Source of the DNA: Verrucomicrobiota bacterium
GTDB taxonomy: Bacteria; Verrucomicrobiota; Kiritimatiellia; UBA8416; JBHORK01
Length of the DNA stretch: 64,000 nucleotides
Assembly: GCA_042565725.1 (NCBI GenBank)
Contig: JBHORK010000001.1
Span: 4,995-68,994 of the forward strand
Direction of reading: 5' to 3'
Positions 18,505 to 28,177 of the stretch are shown one piece after another (positions within the stretch are counted from its first letter, which is position 1; every line of letters starts with the position of its first letter). The notes below the pieces were generated by a model. That model did no database searches, had not been told where the DNA came from, and saw nothing but the letters and a program-made list of their open reading frames with translations. Made by a program: the position numbers and the translations under genes.

Positions 18505-18864
18505 ATGAAAAAGAAGAAATTAGGTTTCACTCTTGTTGAAATCATGATCGTTGTAGCGATTATCGGCCTTTTGGCTGCTATTGCTATTCCTTCATTTGTG
18601 AAGGCACGTAATACGTCTGTCCAGAATGCTTGTATAAACAACCTTCGTCAGGTTGATTCAGGAAAAGAACAGGCAGCTATGACATATAGATGGCCTGATG
18701 ATCAGTCGACCGACGCTGGTACGTACAGATCCAATGTGAACAGTTACATTAAGGGTGGTGAGCATAATTGCCCTGGTGATAATAGCACATACACCTATGG
18801 CAACATAGGCGTCAACCCTGTATGTTCGTTCAGCGGAACGTCTACATCGCACGTGCTTCAATAA
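18505..18864 (+). CDS. Prepilin-type N-terminal cleavage/methylation domain protein (type IV pilin/pseudopilin)
   Basis: KKLGFTLVEIMIVVAIIGLLAAIAIP class-III signal with G-F cleavage site and Glu at +5; RBS aaggagg. Confidence 0.9.
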   Translation: MKKKKLGFTLVEIMIVVAIIGLLAAIAIPSFVKARNTSVQNACINNLRQVDSGKEQAAMTYRWPDDQSTDAGTYRSNVNSYIKGGEHNCPGDNSTYTYGNIGVNPVCSFSGTSTSHVLQ

Positions 18865-18880
18865 TAGTCAACATTGAACA

Positions 18881-18917
18881 AAAAAAACAACCCCGCCGCA
18901 AGCGGGGTTGTTTTTTT
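18881..18917. terminator. Bidirectional rho-independent terminator between convergent pilin and TMTC-like genes
   Basis: A7-c-aaccccgc-cgcaa-gcggggtt-gT7: GC-rich 8-bp stem flanked by an A-tract and a T-tract. Confidence 0.85.
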
Positions 18918-18945
18918 ATTACATATATTTCTATTTCAGTGTCGA

Positions 18946-20991
18946 CTATCTAATCGATGCAGATAATCGAAATGCCTTACCGGTGCGATAAAGATTAAGC
19001 CTCTTCTCAATCTCTATCCTCAATTCAATATCCTGTTCCGTTGCAAGGCGTAAAGCCTTTTCCCCTATTATAATGGCTCGCTCATATTCGCCAACCTCCG
19101 CCAGTACTGCTGCCTTAACATCCAGTATTCTCGCATTCTCTTCTACAGGGATTACATTTTCAATCTTGCCAATCAATTCAACTGCACGTCTGCCGTTTCT
19201 GTGCTCATCCATTGGGCATGTTGCCAATAACCAGGCAAGCTGTATTTTTGCGTCTATCGAAACGGGCCGAAACATTAATGCTTTCTCGTAATGCCCGATT
19301 GCCCTGGAATAATTCCCTTTAGACGCATTTAAAGCCGCTATACAGTAATGAGTTGTACCATGACGAGTTGTGCCGTCGCCCTGGTGCTCTTTAAGAGCTT
19401 CCGACCATTCTATTAAAGCTTCGTCCGGCCTACCCGTGTCTCGTAAAACTATTCCAAGATTGTTTTTGGCCTCAACATAGTTTGGCGCAATTCTTACTGC
19501 TTCACGGAACTCTTTCTCTGCATCGGTATATGCATTTTCCGTCACCCTTATTATGCCAATGGCATTTCTGGTCTTTGCGTATAAAGTGTGATGTACTCCC
19601 CGGCTTTCTTGATCAATGTTGTCAGGCAAAAGCACAAGAAGCCTGTTGAACAGATCTTCAGCTTCCTGGACAGAACCTTTCTTAGCCAATTCCAATCCCA
19701 GGGCAAAATACGGCCTGGGGTTTTGTGGTCGTACTCTTATTGTCTGCCGCCACAACGTTTCGGGTGTTTGGTAATCCATGTTTCTCTTTACTGTCAGGGT
19801 TATCATGACGAAACAAACTGCCAGAGGTAAAACGCTCCTGAATACAATACGTTTACTTGTGTCTTTCGCTACTAAACCGCCAAACAGTTTTTCTTGAATA
19901 TGATGCGTTGTTATGGTTATCAAAACTATTATTGCCGCCAGTGGAAGATACATTCTGTGCTCAAACGCCGCATCTCTGATCGGGACAAAACTTGAAGTCG
20001 GGGCCAGAATTATAAAAAACCACATGCCGGGAAAACCTGAAGGCAGACGTTTTATTGCCGCTATAACAGCAGTAATAAACAGTATGCTTATAAATACGAC
20101 GGCGGGCAGAACATCGCTTATACCTTCTGCAATCTCCCATCCGTAATCAATGCAAAGAGGGTTTGGGGATACCGATAACTTTAAATAATGAGCTATCACT
20201 TCAAACTGTGTGAAGAAATAATTCATGCTCAATGCATGTGAAGCAGTTTGCGTTCTTAAAGCAACCCCGGCATGACCTATGAACAGCCAAACAGATGCAG
20301 CAGCCACGATTGCTATACCTGTCAACAGCCACCATTTTCTGTATAATTGTTTGCGAAGCGAACCTGCCAGGAAAATGTGATCATATAGAAAAATAATAAC
20401 CGGGGCTGTCATCATAACTTCTTTTGTGCTTATACCGGCAATAAAGGCCAGGAAGGCAGTGGAATACCACAATGTTTTACGAGAAGATTCATGGGCTCTG
20501 ATTATCGAATAAAGCACAAAGAGATAAAACATCCCCATCATTGATTCACTGCGTTGGCATATATATGTTACGCTTTCTGTCTGCAGAGGATGTATAACCC
20601 AGATCACTGCTGACATGAAAGCCAACCAGGAGGCAGAAGCACGGTATTTAGATTGAAAATACGACAGGCACAATGTACGCCGTACCGTGCCATAAAGCAG
20701 TAATCCTGCAATCAAATGAATGATAATATTAACTAAGCGGTACCCAAGTATATTAAATCCACTAAGCGCAAAATTCAGTTTAAAACTTAATTCAGCAAGA
20801 AACCTTGGATGCCAGGTTAATGGCATTAAACGATCAATGTATCTATTCTCGGTTATGATTACACTGTCATCAAAAACAAAGGATTTATCGAAACTGTTGG
20901 CATATGCCAGAATTCCGACGACAGCAATGACAAATGGCAGATATTTTTCAAGCCTTTTCATGTTTACATGCTTCCATAACATATTTATCAT
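18946..20991 (-). CDS. TMTC/PMT_2-like GT-C family glycosyltransferase, multi-TM N-terminal domain with C-terminal TPR repeats
   Basis: N-terminal 400 aa with about 9 TM segments and an NSFDKSFVFDD loop motif typical of PMT/ArnT-like GT-C enzymes; C-terminal roughly 250 aa of TPR-like repeats. Confidence 0.6.
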   Translation of the reverse strand: MINMLWKHVNMKRLEKYLPFVIAVVGILAYANSFDKSFVFDDSVIITENRYIDRLMPLTWHPRFLAELSFKLNFALSGFNILGYRLVNIIIHLIAGLLLYGTVRRTLCLSYFQSKYRASASWLAFMSAVIWVIHPLQTESVTYICQRSESMMGMFYLFVLYSIIRAHESSRKTLWYSTAFLAFIAGISTKEVMMTAPVIIFLYDHIFLAGSLRKQLYRKWWLLTGIAIVAAASVWLFIGHAGVALRTQTASHALSMNYFFTQFEVIAHYLKLSVSPNPLCIDYGWEIAEGISDVLPAVVFISILFITAVIAAIKRLPSGFPGMWFFIILAPTSSFVPIRDAAFEHRMYLPLAAIIVLITITTHHIQEKLFGGLVAKDTSKRIVFRSVLPLAVCFVMITLTVKRNMDYQTPETLWRQTIRVRPQNPRPYFALGLELAKKGSVQEAEDLFNRLLVLLPDNIDQESRGVHHTLYAKTRNAIGIIRVTENAYTDAEKEFREAVRIAPNYVEAKNNLGIVLRDTGRPDEALIEWSEALKEHQGDGTTRHGTTHYCIAALNASKGNYSRAIGHYEKALMFRPVSIDAKIQLAWLLATCPMDEHRNGRRAVELIGKIENVIPVEENARILDVKAAVLAEVGEYERAIIIGEKALRLATEQDIELRIEIEKRLNLYRTGKAFRLSASIR

Positions 20992-21091
20992 ACTACTTGG
21001 AAACAGATTTGTTATCGAGAGCTTTTTATGATGTAAGCCCTTTTTTGGGGGGGATGTTAAAAACTAAAAAGATGCAATTTGTTGTATTTCT

Positions 21092-21171
21092 TGGAGTACT
21101 GGAGTGCTGGAGTAATGATTAAATTAACAAAAGCTTTTTTTCCAATACTCCAATACTCCAGTACTCCATTA
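21092..21171. promoter_or_regulatory. Inverted arrays of the heptamer TGGAGTA / TACTCCA (3 copies each arm) in the divergent promoter region
   Basis: Left arm tggagtactggagtgctggagtaatg, right arm ccaatactccaatactccagtactccattac, separated by about 23 bp. Confidence 0.5.
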
Positions 21172-21301
21172 CTTCATGGGGTTAACAGATTTCTAGGCGT
21201 TTGATTTACATTGCTGTCATTAGTTAATTCAATAAGACAAATAGCTCTATAATTGTCCGAATATAATGCAAAAACAGTTCTACTAGTATATACTTCGTGT
21301 T

Positions 21302-22081
21302 ATGAATGAATCACCCCAAAAAAGAATTCTTGTGCTGATGCCTTGTTTGAATGAGGCAGAAAGCGTAAAGAATGTCATTCAATCAGTAAAAAAGCATCTT
21401 CCCTCCGCTGACATCATAGTTGTGGATGATGGTTCATCAGATGCGACTGGCTCTGTGGCACAATCTGCTGGCGCGAAAATATTGCGTCATGTCAGTGCGC
21501 ATGGGGTAGGGGCTGCACTTGAGACAGGATACCTTTATGCTCTCAGAAACAATTATGACGTTGTTCTGCAGTTGGATGGTGACGGTCAGCACCCGGCTGA
21601 CAAACTTCCCGATTTGCTTGAGCATCTCCTGAATGATTCCGCGGACATTGTGATCGGATCGAGATATCTGGACAAGGCAGATCGTTCCGAGACCGCAATA
21701 ATAAGGAAAGTCGGGCATAAATTATTTTCAGGCCTAATTTTTCTTGTAACAGGTCTGAAATTCACCGATCCAACCTCCGGATTTCGCGGTCTCAGTAAGC
21801 GGGCTCTAACTTTTTTTGCTGGCGGTGTTTTTCCGTGTGACTACCCGGACTCCGATGTTATTCTTATGGCGTATTTCTCGGGTCTTCGTATACGTGAGGT
21901 CTCCGTGATAATGTATCCGCGTTCAAAAGGTGCGTCTCAACATTCCGGAGTTATTAGGCCGATTTATTACGGAATGAAGATGATGCTGGCAATGCTGATG
22001 GTTCTGCTCAATTTGAATCTTTGGAAAAGATGGCGTAGAGAACATGCTTTGGAAAAATTAAACCCGGCAGAAAGGAATTGA
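21302..22081 (+). CDS. GT2 polyprenol-phosphate glycosyltransferase (Dpm1/GtrB/ArnC-like)
   Basis: LVLMPCLNEAES...VVDDGSSDAT...LQLDGDGQHP (DxD region); C-terminal TM helix; 259 aa. Confidence 0.8.
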   Translation: MNESPQKRILVLMPCLNEAESVKNVIQSVKKHLPSADIIVVDDGSSDATGSVAQSAGAKILRHVSAHGVGAALETGYLYALRNNYDVVLQLDGDGQHPADKLPDLLEHLLNDSADIVIGSRYLDKADRSETAIIRKVGHKLFSGLIFLVTGLKFTDPTSGFRGLSKRALTFFAGGVFPCDYPDSDVILMAYFSGLRIREVSVIMYPRSKGASQHSGVIRPIYYGMKMMLAMLMVLLNLNLWKRWRREHALEKLNPAERN

Positions 22082-22085
22082 AGTT

Positions 22086-22460
22086 ATGGCTACAGCACTA
22101 TATCCCCGACAGTTTGTCGCATCAATTACATTGAGCATTATTCTCTTGGTGGTGATAATCAGACTTGTTCAGAAAGGAAGACTGGATATAGCATACTGCT
22201 GGTTGTGGTTAGGTATTGGGGTAGGGATACAATTAATAGTTTTGCGTTACGAGTGGCTTGTGCGCCTCTCGCGGCTTATAGGTGCAGTTGAAAACACAAC
22301 TACTCTTTTCCTGCTGGGATATTTTATTCTCCTTCTTATGTGTTTACAGTTTTCTATCGTAATATCGCTTCACCGCCGGCAGATCAAGCAGTTGTCTCAG
22401 CAATTGGCGATGCTTCGTGCTGAGACAGAGAAATCCAGTCCTAATAAGCAGGCCAACTAA
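22086..22460 (+). CDS. Small 3-4-TM membrane protein, DUF2304-like partner of GT2 enzymes
   Basis: 124 aa; hydrophobic N-terminal two thirds, charged C-terminal tail; starts 5 bp after the GT2 stop. Confidence 0.45.
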   Translation: MATALYPRQFVASITLSIILLVVIIRLVQKGRLDIAYCWLWLGIGVGIQLIVLRYEWLVRLSRLIGAVENTTTLFLLGYFILLLMCLQFSIVISLHRRQIKQLSQQLAMLRAETEKSSPNKQAN

Positions 22461-22466
22461 CTATTC

Positions 22467-23531
22467 ATGAAAAACACTGGTCAAACGAAAGAGCCGGAAA
22501 ATGGCCCTCTGGTTTCCATAATAGTCCTTACTGTTAACGCAACCGGTTATCTGGAAAAGTGTCTTCACAGTCTGAGCGAACAGACGTATTCAAATATTGA
22601 GATTATTGTGGTAGATAACGGCTCAACCGAAGATATTGCCGGATTTTTAGAAAAAGAATTCCCCGCAGTGCATTGCGTTCGTATTGAAAAAAATATCGGA
22701 TTTGCTGGAGGAAACAATAAGGGCGTCAAAGTTGCAAAAGGAGAATATATTGCTCTGATCAATAACGATGCCGTTGCTGATGCCAACTGGATTATGGCAA
22801 TGGTTAAAACCGCAGAGACAGACAGCATGATTGGTGCGATAGCCTCGGCCGTTGTTGATGGGAAAAATCCTTCACTGCTTGATTCGTTTGGTATGGGTAT
22901 TGCGATTGACGGCATGTCGCGCCAGGCACGGCACGGATCACCGGTTTCCGATCTCTCTGCCCCCGAACGGGTTCTCGCAGTAAGCGGATGTGCGTGCCTG
23001 CTTCGCTCAAAAACCTTGAAAGAGACAGGACTGTTTGATGAACGTTTTTTTGCCTACTGCGAAGACACTGATTTGTCACTGCGCCTGTGTTGGGCAGGCT
23101 GGAAGATTATCGCGGAACCGCGTGCAAGGGTTGCCCATTACCATTCTCATACTGTCGGCAGATTTTCTGTTAAAAAGGTATTCTGGGTAGAAAGAAATCA
23201 CTATTGGGTAGCGCTTAAGAATTTTCCTTTCTTTTTGGTTTTCCTTATACCTTTAGTCACTTTATGGCGTTTGGTTATCCAGTTATATGTGTTGATAGCC
23301 GGGGAAAGGGCATTGACGGCTTTCGTCAAAACGGGAGGATTCTGTAAGGTTGGTCTGTCTGTTGTTGGAGCAAATCTGGTCGCGCTTTCAGGTGCCCCAT
23401 CCATGATAATGGCCGGGCTTTTTTCTGATTGCCCCAAACGCATCAGCACAGGAGAGATGATCAGGCTGTTGCTGAAATACAGGCTATCGGTCTATGAAAT
23501 CATTACAGGCAAAACAGCGAAGCGGGAATAA
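22467..23531 (+). CDS. GT2 family glycosyltransferase with C-terminal membrane segments
   Basis: VSIIVLTVNATGYLEKCLHSLSEQTY...IIVVDNGSTED, DxD-type motif; 354 aa. Confidence 0.8.
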   Translation: MKNTGQTKEPENGPLVSIIVLTVNATGYLEKCLHSLSEQTYSNIEIIVVDNGSTEDIAGFLEKEFPAVHCVRIEKNIGFAGGNNKGVKVAKGEYIALINNDAVADANWIMAMVKTAETDSMIGAIASAVVDGKNPSLLDSFGMGIAIDGMSRQARHGSPVSDLSAPERVLAVSGCACLLRSKTLKETGLFDERFFAYCEDTDLSLRLCWAGWKIIAEPRARVAHYHSHTVGRFSVKKVFWVERNHYWVALKNFPFFLVFLIPLVTLWRLVIQLYVLIAGERALTAFVKTGGFCKVGLSVVGANLVALSGAPSMIMAGLFSDCPKRISTGEMIRLLLKYRLSVYEIITGKTAKRE

Positions 23532-23879
23532 GAGGAAATTTGAAATTGGAAATTTGGCAAAGAGCCAGAGGGCTATGTGATAGGGGTAGGTAGTTATTTA
23601 AATTAGCCTTTGTATGGTTGGGCTGGCTTCCGCCGGGCGGCGGATGTAAACCGCAGGACGCATTTCGTTTTCTGATCCGCCGCAGGTCGAGAAGGATTCG
23701 AAAATTGGATCAGCAGATTGCCGCAGGACCAAGGCGTCGAAGGTTGAGCTGGATACGTATCCGCGAGATCTTCGAGAACGATGGGCATGAGGTGATATGC
23801 GGGTCCGATTTTCGAACGAAATGCGTACTGCATATTAAGAAAAAGCACTTAAAATGGAATTTTTTAGAACCGAGAAACC

Positions 23880-25046
23880 ATGGACGACAACAAAAAAATA
23901 ATCATTTGCGCGCCGCACGTGTGGAACACACCCTATAAGGTCGGCTGCCACCACTATACCAGGTGTTTCTCAGATAAAGGATGGGACGTTGCCTACTTGT
24001 CTGCGCCGATCAGCCCTTTCCATATTCTGTATTATTTATTTTCTTCCAGGCGAACCGGGATGCATATGCCGCAAAGATGTAATTCGTGGCGGAAGGGTGG
24101 GGAATATGCAGGCAAAGCATGGACTTATGTTCCTTTCGGTTTTATTCCCGTTGCTAACTGTTTCCCTTTTAACACGTCATGGGCAATCAGAAACGCGGGT
24201 AAAGCTCTTGTTCCCTCGTTAAAGAAAAAACTTAAACAAAAAGGTTTTGATCGAGCCGATGTCATATGGATTGACAGCCCGTTGTTCGGATATCTCCTTG
24301 ATATGATTCCTCATAAAAGAAGCGTTCTACGAGTGGCGGATAACCTTTCCGGCTTTCCGGAACTGGGCCGCAATGTCATTGAAGCCGAAAATAAACTGGC
24401 AGGACAAGTGGATGTTGTTGCTGTGACTTCGGCATTGCTTGAAAAACAGGTCGCGGAAGCTGGAGCCCGGGAAATTGTTAGACTCCCTAATGGTGTTGAT
24501 TTTGGTTGTTTCGCAAACGATACGCATCCGGAACCTGTGGATATAACCTCAATTCCCCGCCCCAGGGCAGTTTATGTCGGTTCCATTGAGCGGTGGTTTG
24601 ATGATAGTTTGCTTACATACGCCGCTCAGCACCGAAGTAATATCTCGTTTGTTATAATAGGACCCCATAAAAAGGACTCTTTCCCCGAACTGGAACGTCT
24701 CCCAAACGTTTATTTTCTGGGAAAACGGGAGCATAAGCAAATACCCGCATACCTCAAACATTCAGATGTAGGATTAATCCCTTTTAAGAAGTTGCCCCGC
24801 ATCGATTACGCAAACCCGATTAAACTCTACGAATATATGGCTGGCAGCCTGCCGGTCGTCTCTACAATACATACAACCCTCAAAGAACTTGGCTCGCCGG
24901 CATTATTCGCTGAGACTGAAGAGAGCTTCGTGAATAAGCTGGATGAAGCTTTACGGAACGCTTCATCCCTGAAAGAAGAAAGCCTCAAATTCGCGAAAGA
25001 AAACACATGGGCAAAACGGGTTGAAATAATTAATCAATATCTATGA
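23880..25046 (+). CDS. GT4-family (GT-B) glycosyltransferase
   Basis: C-terminal EYMAGSLPVVST motif (E-x7-E region of GT4 retaining enzymes). Confidence 0.7.
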   Translation: MDDNKKIIICAPHVWNTPYKVGCHHYTRCFSDKGWDVAYLSAPISPFHILYYLFSSRRTGMHMPQRCNSWRKGGEYAGKAWTYVPFGFIPVANCFPFNTSWAIRNAGKALVPSLKKKLKQKGFDRADVIWIDSPLFGYLLDMIPHKRSVLRVADNLSGFPELGRNVIEAENKLAGQVDVVAVTSALLEKQVAEAGAREIVRLPNGVDFGCFANDTHPEPVDITSIPRPRAVYVGSIERWFDDSLLTYAAQHRSNISFVIIGPHKKDSFPELERLPNVYFLGKREHKQIPAYLKHSDVGLIPFKKLPRIDYANPIKLYEYMAGSLPVVSTIHTTLKELGSPALFAETEESFVNKLDEALRNASSLKEESLKFAKENTWAKRVEIINQYL

Positions 25047-25086
25047 CCCGACCGTTGCTACATTAGCTTTCTTCTGCTACGATTAG

Positions 25087-25346
25087 CCTGAATATTGCAC
25101 GAACAAAACAGAATGTTTAATAAAAATGGAATAAATACAGGGTGGCATAAAAATTCTCTAAAGAAATAACAAAATACAAATTGTAATCTTTAGTTTTTGG
25201 AGGGAATATTCTGTTTTGTTCGCCTGTTGGGTGAGCCCACAGCACAGAATCACCTTTGTTCTCAAGGGTAACGCGGTATGTTATACAGCATTACCCTTGA
25301 CGCCGCGGCGATTCCGCACTGTGAACTCATGCAATGATCAGGTTAG
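25087..25346. repeat. ~260-bp dispersed structured repeat, copy 2, ending 4 bp before the GT2 start codon
   Basis: Collinear with 6314-6568; same internal inverted repeats and hairpin. Confidence 0.75.
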
Positions 25347-25350
25347 TCAT

Positions 25351-26226
25351 ATGAAATTGCTTAGTATAATTATTCCGATCCACAATGCTGAAAATTCTAT
25401 CGGGCGTACCTTGCAGTCTTTGGACAGGATGGCTGTAAGGTCAAAAAACAGTTGTGAGCTTATTATTGTTGACGACGGTTCAACGGACAATAGCACGCAG
25501 GTCGTTGATGAAAAACAATCCGAACTGGACGATTTTGATATCAAACTGTTTGCGCAGGAGAATAAAGGGAGCGGGAGCGCGCGAAATGCGGCTTTAAATA
25601 AATGCGAGGGAACATGGATACTCTTTCTTGATGCCGACGATGAACTGTTTTCCGACCCCGTTCCTGTTCTTGAGCAATATCCCGATTCCTCCTGTATTGG
25701 GTTTTCCGTTAACTTATATAAAGATCCGCGGCACAGAACAGTGGTTCTTCCGACTCGTGTTACACAGCGGAACTATCTCCGCGTTTTTACGTCCAGGAAC
25801 CCTTTCGCAATCTCAAGTCTCATTTTTAAAAAGGACCGAATTACAACAATGTTCGATGAGAATTTCATGTATCTGGAGGATTGGCTGTTCTGGGTTATGA
25901 ACCCTGATATTTTCAAGGAAATGGAAATGTGTTCCGCCCGCATGATTGCGAACATTCATTGGCATCCTGACAACAAAACATCCAACGAGCTTTTACATGG
26001 CAAATACAGGCAAAAAGCCGCTGAAACAATGATGGATTATTTCGGTGATAAGCTTGATCCCAAACAGAAAAATAATCTGCGGATCCAGGCTGATATAGGA
26101 AGGATTCAGCAGGGCGGAAGAACTCTTGGGGCTTTGCTCCCGAAAATCCCCTGTAACATGACTTTATACGCAAAGTTAATTATGTACTATTTAAAACTGG
26201 CTCGACCATTCCAGCCATTTAAATAG
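25351..26226 (+). CDS. GT2 family glycosyltransferase
   Basis: MKLLSIIIPIHNAENSIGRTLQSL...IIVDDGSTDNS; start at ATG 25351 (the ORF-track start at 25216 lies inside the repeat). Confidence 0.8.
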   Translation: MKLLSIIIPIHNAENSIGRTLQSLDRMAVRSKNSCELIIVDDGSTDNSTQVVDEKQSELDDFDIKLFAQENKGSGSARNAALNKCEGTWILFLDADDELFSDPVPVLEQYPDSSCIGFSVNLYKDPRHRTVVLPTRVTQRNYLRVFTSRNPFAISSLIFKKDRITTMFDENFMYLEDWLFWVMNPDIFKEMEMCSARMIANIHWHPDNKTSNELLHGKYRQKAAETMMDYFGDKLDPKQKNNLRIQADIGRIQQGGRTLGALLPKIPCNMTLYAKLIMYYLKLARPFQPFK

Positions 26227-26240
26227 AAAGCGAAAAAAAG

Positions 26241-27227
26241 ATGTATTTACTGATTGGTCCATATCCGCCGCCGCTTGGCGGTATAAGCGTCTTTATTAAA
26301 AGATACCAAAGAGCCCTTGCAGTAAAGGATATCCCGGTCGAGATAGTCAACTTTACCGCGATGACAAGTATCCGGAAACTCGGGTTCATGTTCAAAATTG
26401 TTTTCTCACCGTATCCTTATACCTTCCATCTTAACGCATTTTATTTCCTCGTCATGACCGCGCTCCTGCTGCGCCCATGGCGCGGAAGAATAATCTTTCA
26501 CAATCATTCGACAAGGACTTTGGATGATTTTGACGCTAAACGGAGAATGGTTTTCAAATGGTTTATTCGCAAAACTGATGAAATTATTTTTGTCGGTTCG
26601 CACCTGGTTGACGATTACAAACGTCATGGTTTCTGTCTCCCGGACAATATAACGATCAAAAATTCATTTCTGCCGCCACCGTCGGAAGATGAGCCGGGCA
26701 TACGTCAAAAACATTCAAATGATACCGTTGATTTTGTAAAGAATCACAAGCCGCTTATAATAGCCAACGCGTCACGTTTGACCTTCTATAAAGGTGTGGA
26801 CTTGTACGGACTGGATATGTGCGTAGAGTTGGTCGCTAAATTGAAACCGCAGTTTCCGGGGATAGGCCTGCTTTTCGCGCTTGTTGAAGTTCAGGATGAA
26901 GATTATTTTGAAAGAATCAAAAAACGAATAAATGAACTCAAGATTTCGAACAATTTTTACTTCATGACGGGAGACTATGAGCTCTGGCCGTTATTCAAGG
27001 ATGCCGACTTAATGATAAGGCCAACTTCAAGCGATGGCTACGGTATAAGCGTAGACGAAGCCCTGAGTCAGGGTTGTCCTTCAATAGCAAGTGATGTGTG
27101 TGGACGGGCAGAAGGCGCGATTACGTTCAGGTCCCTGGACCTTGCCGATCTGCACCAGAAATGTACGAATGTTTTGGCCGATACCGCTCTGGAGGATCAC
27201 CATAGATCGCAACAAGCAGGGGAATAA
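26241..27227 (+). CDS. GT4-like glycosyltransferase
   Basis: MYLLIGPYPPPLGGISVFIKRY N-terminus and ISVDEALSQGCPSIASD C-terminal motif; 3' end overlaps the convergent GT2 by about 100 bp, so one terminus may be shorter. Confidence 0.65.
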   Translation: MYLLIGPYPPPLGGISVFIKRYQRALAVKDIPVEIVNFTAMTSIRKLGFMFKIVFSPYPYTFHLNAFYFLVMTALLLRPWRGRIIFHNHSTRTLDDFDAKRRMVFKWFIRKTDEIIFVGSHLVDDYKRHGFCLPDNITIKNSFLPPPSEDEPGIRQKHSNDTVDFVKNHKPLIIANASRLTFYKGVDLYGLDMCVELVAKLKPQFPGIGLLFALVEVQDEDYFERIKKRINELKISNNFYFMTGDYELWPLFKDADLMIRPTSSDGYGISVDEALSQGCPSIASDVCGRAEGAITFRSLDLADLHQKCTNVLADTALEDHHRSQQAGE

Positions 27228-28149
27228 TTATCCGCCGCGTCAATAGCGCGCCAAGTCCATGCGGTAAAGATGCGGCAAATGCAATAAACAGTCTTTTAGC
27301 AAACGGCAAATGCTTTGCGCAGTGTTTTGTCTTGATTCTCCAGCCGGACTCGATTTCTTCGTCGAAATTAAGCACAATGTAATGTCCAATAAAGCTATAG
27401 AGTTTTCTGCGTACATTTTTCAAAATCGCCGGGCTGATTTTTTCGTCATAGCCCAGCGCCCGATCAATGACTATCATGGCGCATGCCGACTGTATACGCG
27501 AAATGCTCAGGCTGTCCTCGCGTAATCGTAACTTTGTGCATGTTTTTTTTATGCAGGCAAGCGGTCGTTTTCTTGACACTTTCATCCACAAATCCCAATC
27601 AGCTGAACTTCGTAAAGACACATCGTACCCGCCGGCTTCTTCAAAACATTTTCGCCGAATCATAGAGGCAGGATCAGCCATGAAGTTTTTGTTTAGCAAT
27701 TTCTCGAAAGCATTTTCGAAGATCACCCAATCCTTTTCGTCGAACCGAATACCGCGCTCCTGAAAATAATCAATAGATTCCCTCCCTTCAATTAACATGT
27801 TTCCGCTCACTGCAGCAACTTCTGGATGATTTTTCATGAATTCTGTTTGAGCCCCAAGACGGCCTGGAAGCATAATATCGTCCGAGTCATGAAAGGCAAT
27901 CAAGTCACTTTGAGCAATCTCCATACCGCGCGTTCTTGCCGCACTGAAACCAGCGTTCGTCTGATATTCTGAAACGATACGACCTTTATAGCGTTGCAAA
28001 ACCTTCTGCGTATCGTCGGTTGAACCGTCATCCACTACAATTACCTCGAAACCATCAAAATCCTGCGCCAGAACAGAATCAATGGATTCAGCTGTTAACC
28101 CGGCTCGATTATACGTTGGAATAACTACACTGACTTTTGGCTCTAACAT
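27127..28149 (-). CDS. GT2 family glycosyltransferase
   Basis: VSVVIPTYNRAGLTAESIDSVLAQDFDGFEVIVVDDGSTDDT. Confidence 0.8.
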   Translation of the reverse strand: MLEPKVSVVIPTYNRAGLTAESIDSVLAQDFDGFEVIVVDDGSTDDTQKVLQRYKGRIVSEYQTNAGFSAARTRGMEIAQSDLIAFHDSDDIMLPGRLGAQTEFMKNHPEVAAVSGNMLIEGRESIDYFQERGIRFDEKDWVIFENAFEKLLNKNFMADPASMIRRKCFEEAGGYDVSLRSSADWDLWMKVSRKRPLACIKKTCTKLRLREDSLSISRIQSACAMIVIDRALGYDEKISPAILKNVRRKLYSFIGHYIVLNFDEEIESGWRIKTKHCAKHLPFAKRLFIAFAASLPHGLGALLTRRIIIPLLVAIYGDPPERYRPKHSYISGADRQGPGT

Positions 28150-28177
28150 TCTTTAATTACTCCATTACTCCCATACG

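Noticed and set aside
21092-21171. Heptamer arrays or the 364-422 tandem repeats as a CRISPR array
   Set aside because: Units are too short and too few and have no spacers of uniform length; no cas genes nearby.
23618-23938. 106-aa Arg-rich ORF (and 23603-23848 minus-strand ORF) in the 348-bp gap
   Set aside because: Extreme Arg/Gly bias from a GC-rich stretch; overlaps the start of the GT4 gene; no RBS.
25216-25350. Upstream extension of the GT2 ORF through the dispersed repeat (also the 6422-6604 ORF in copy 1)
   Set aside because: The shared peptide (FVLKG.AVCYTALPLTPRRFRTVNSCNDQ) only reflects translation of the repeat; the GT2 conserved N-terminus begins at ATG 25351.
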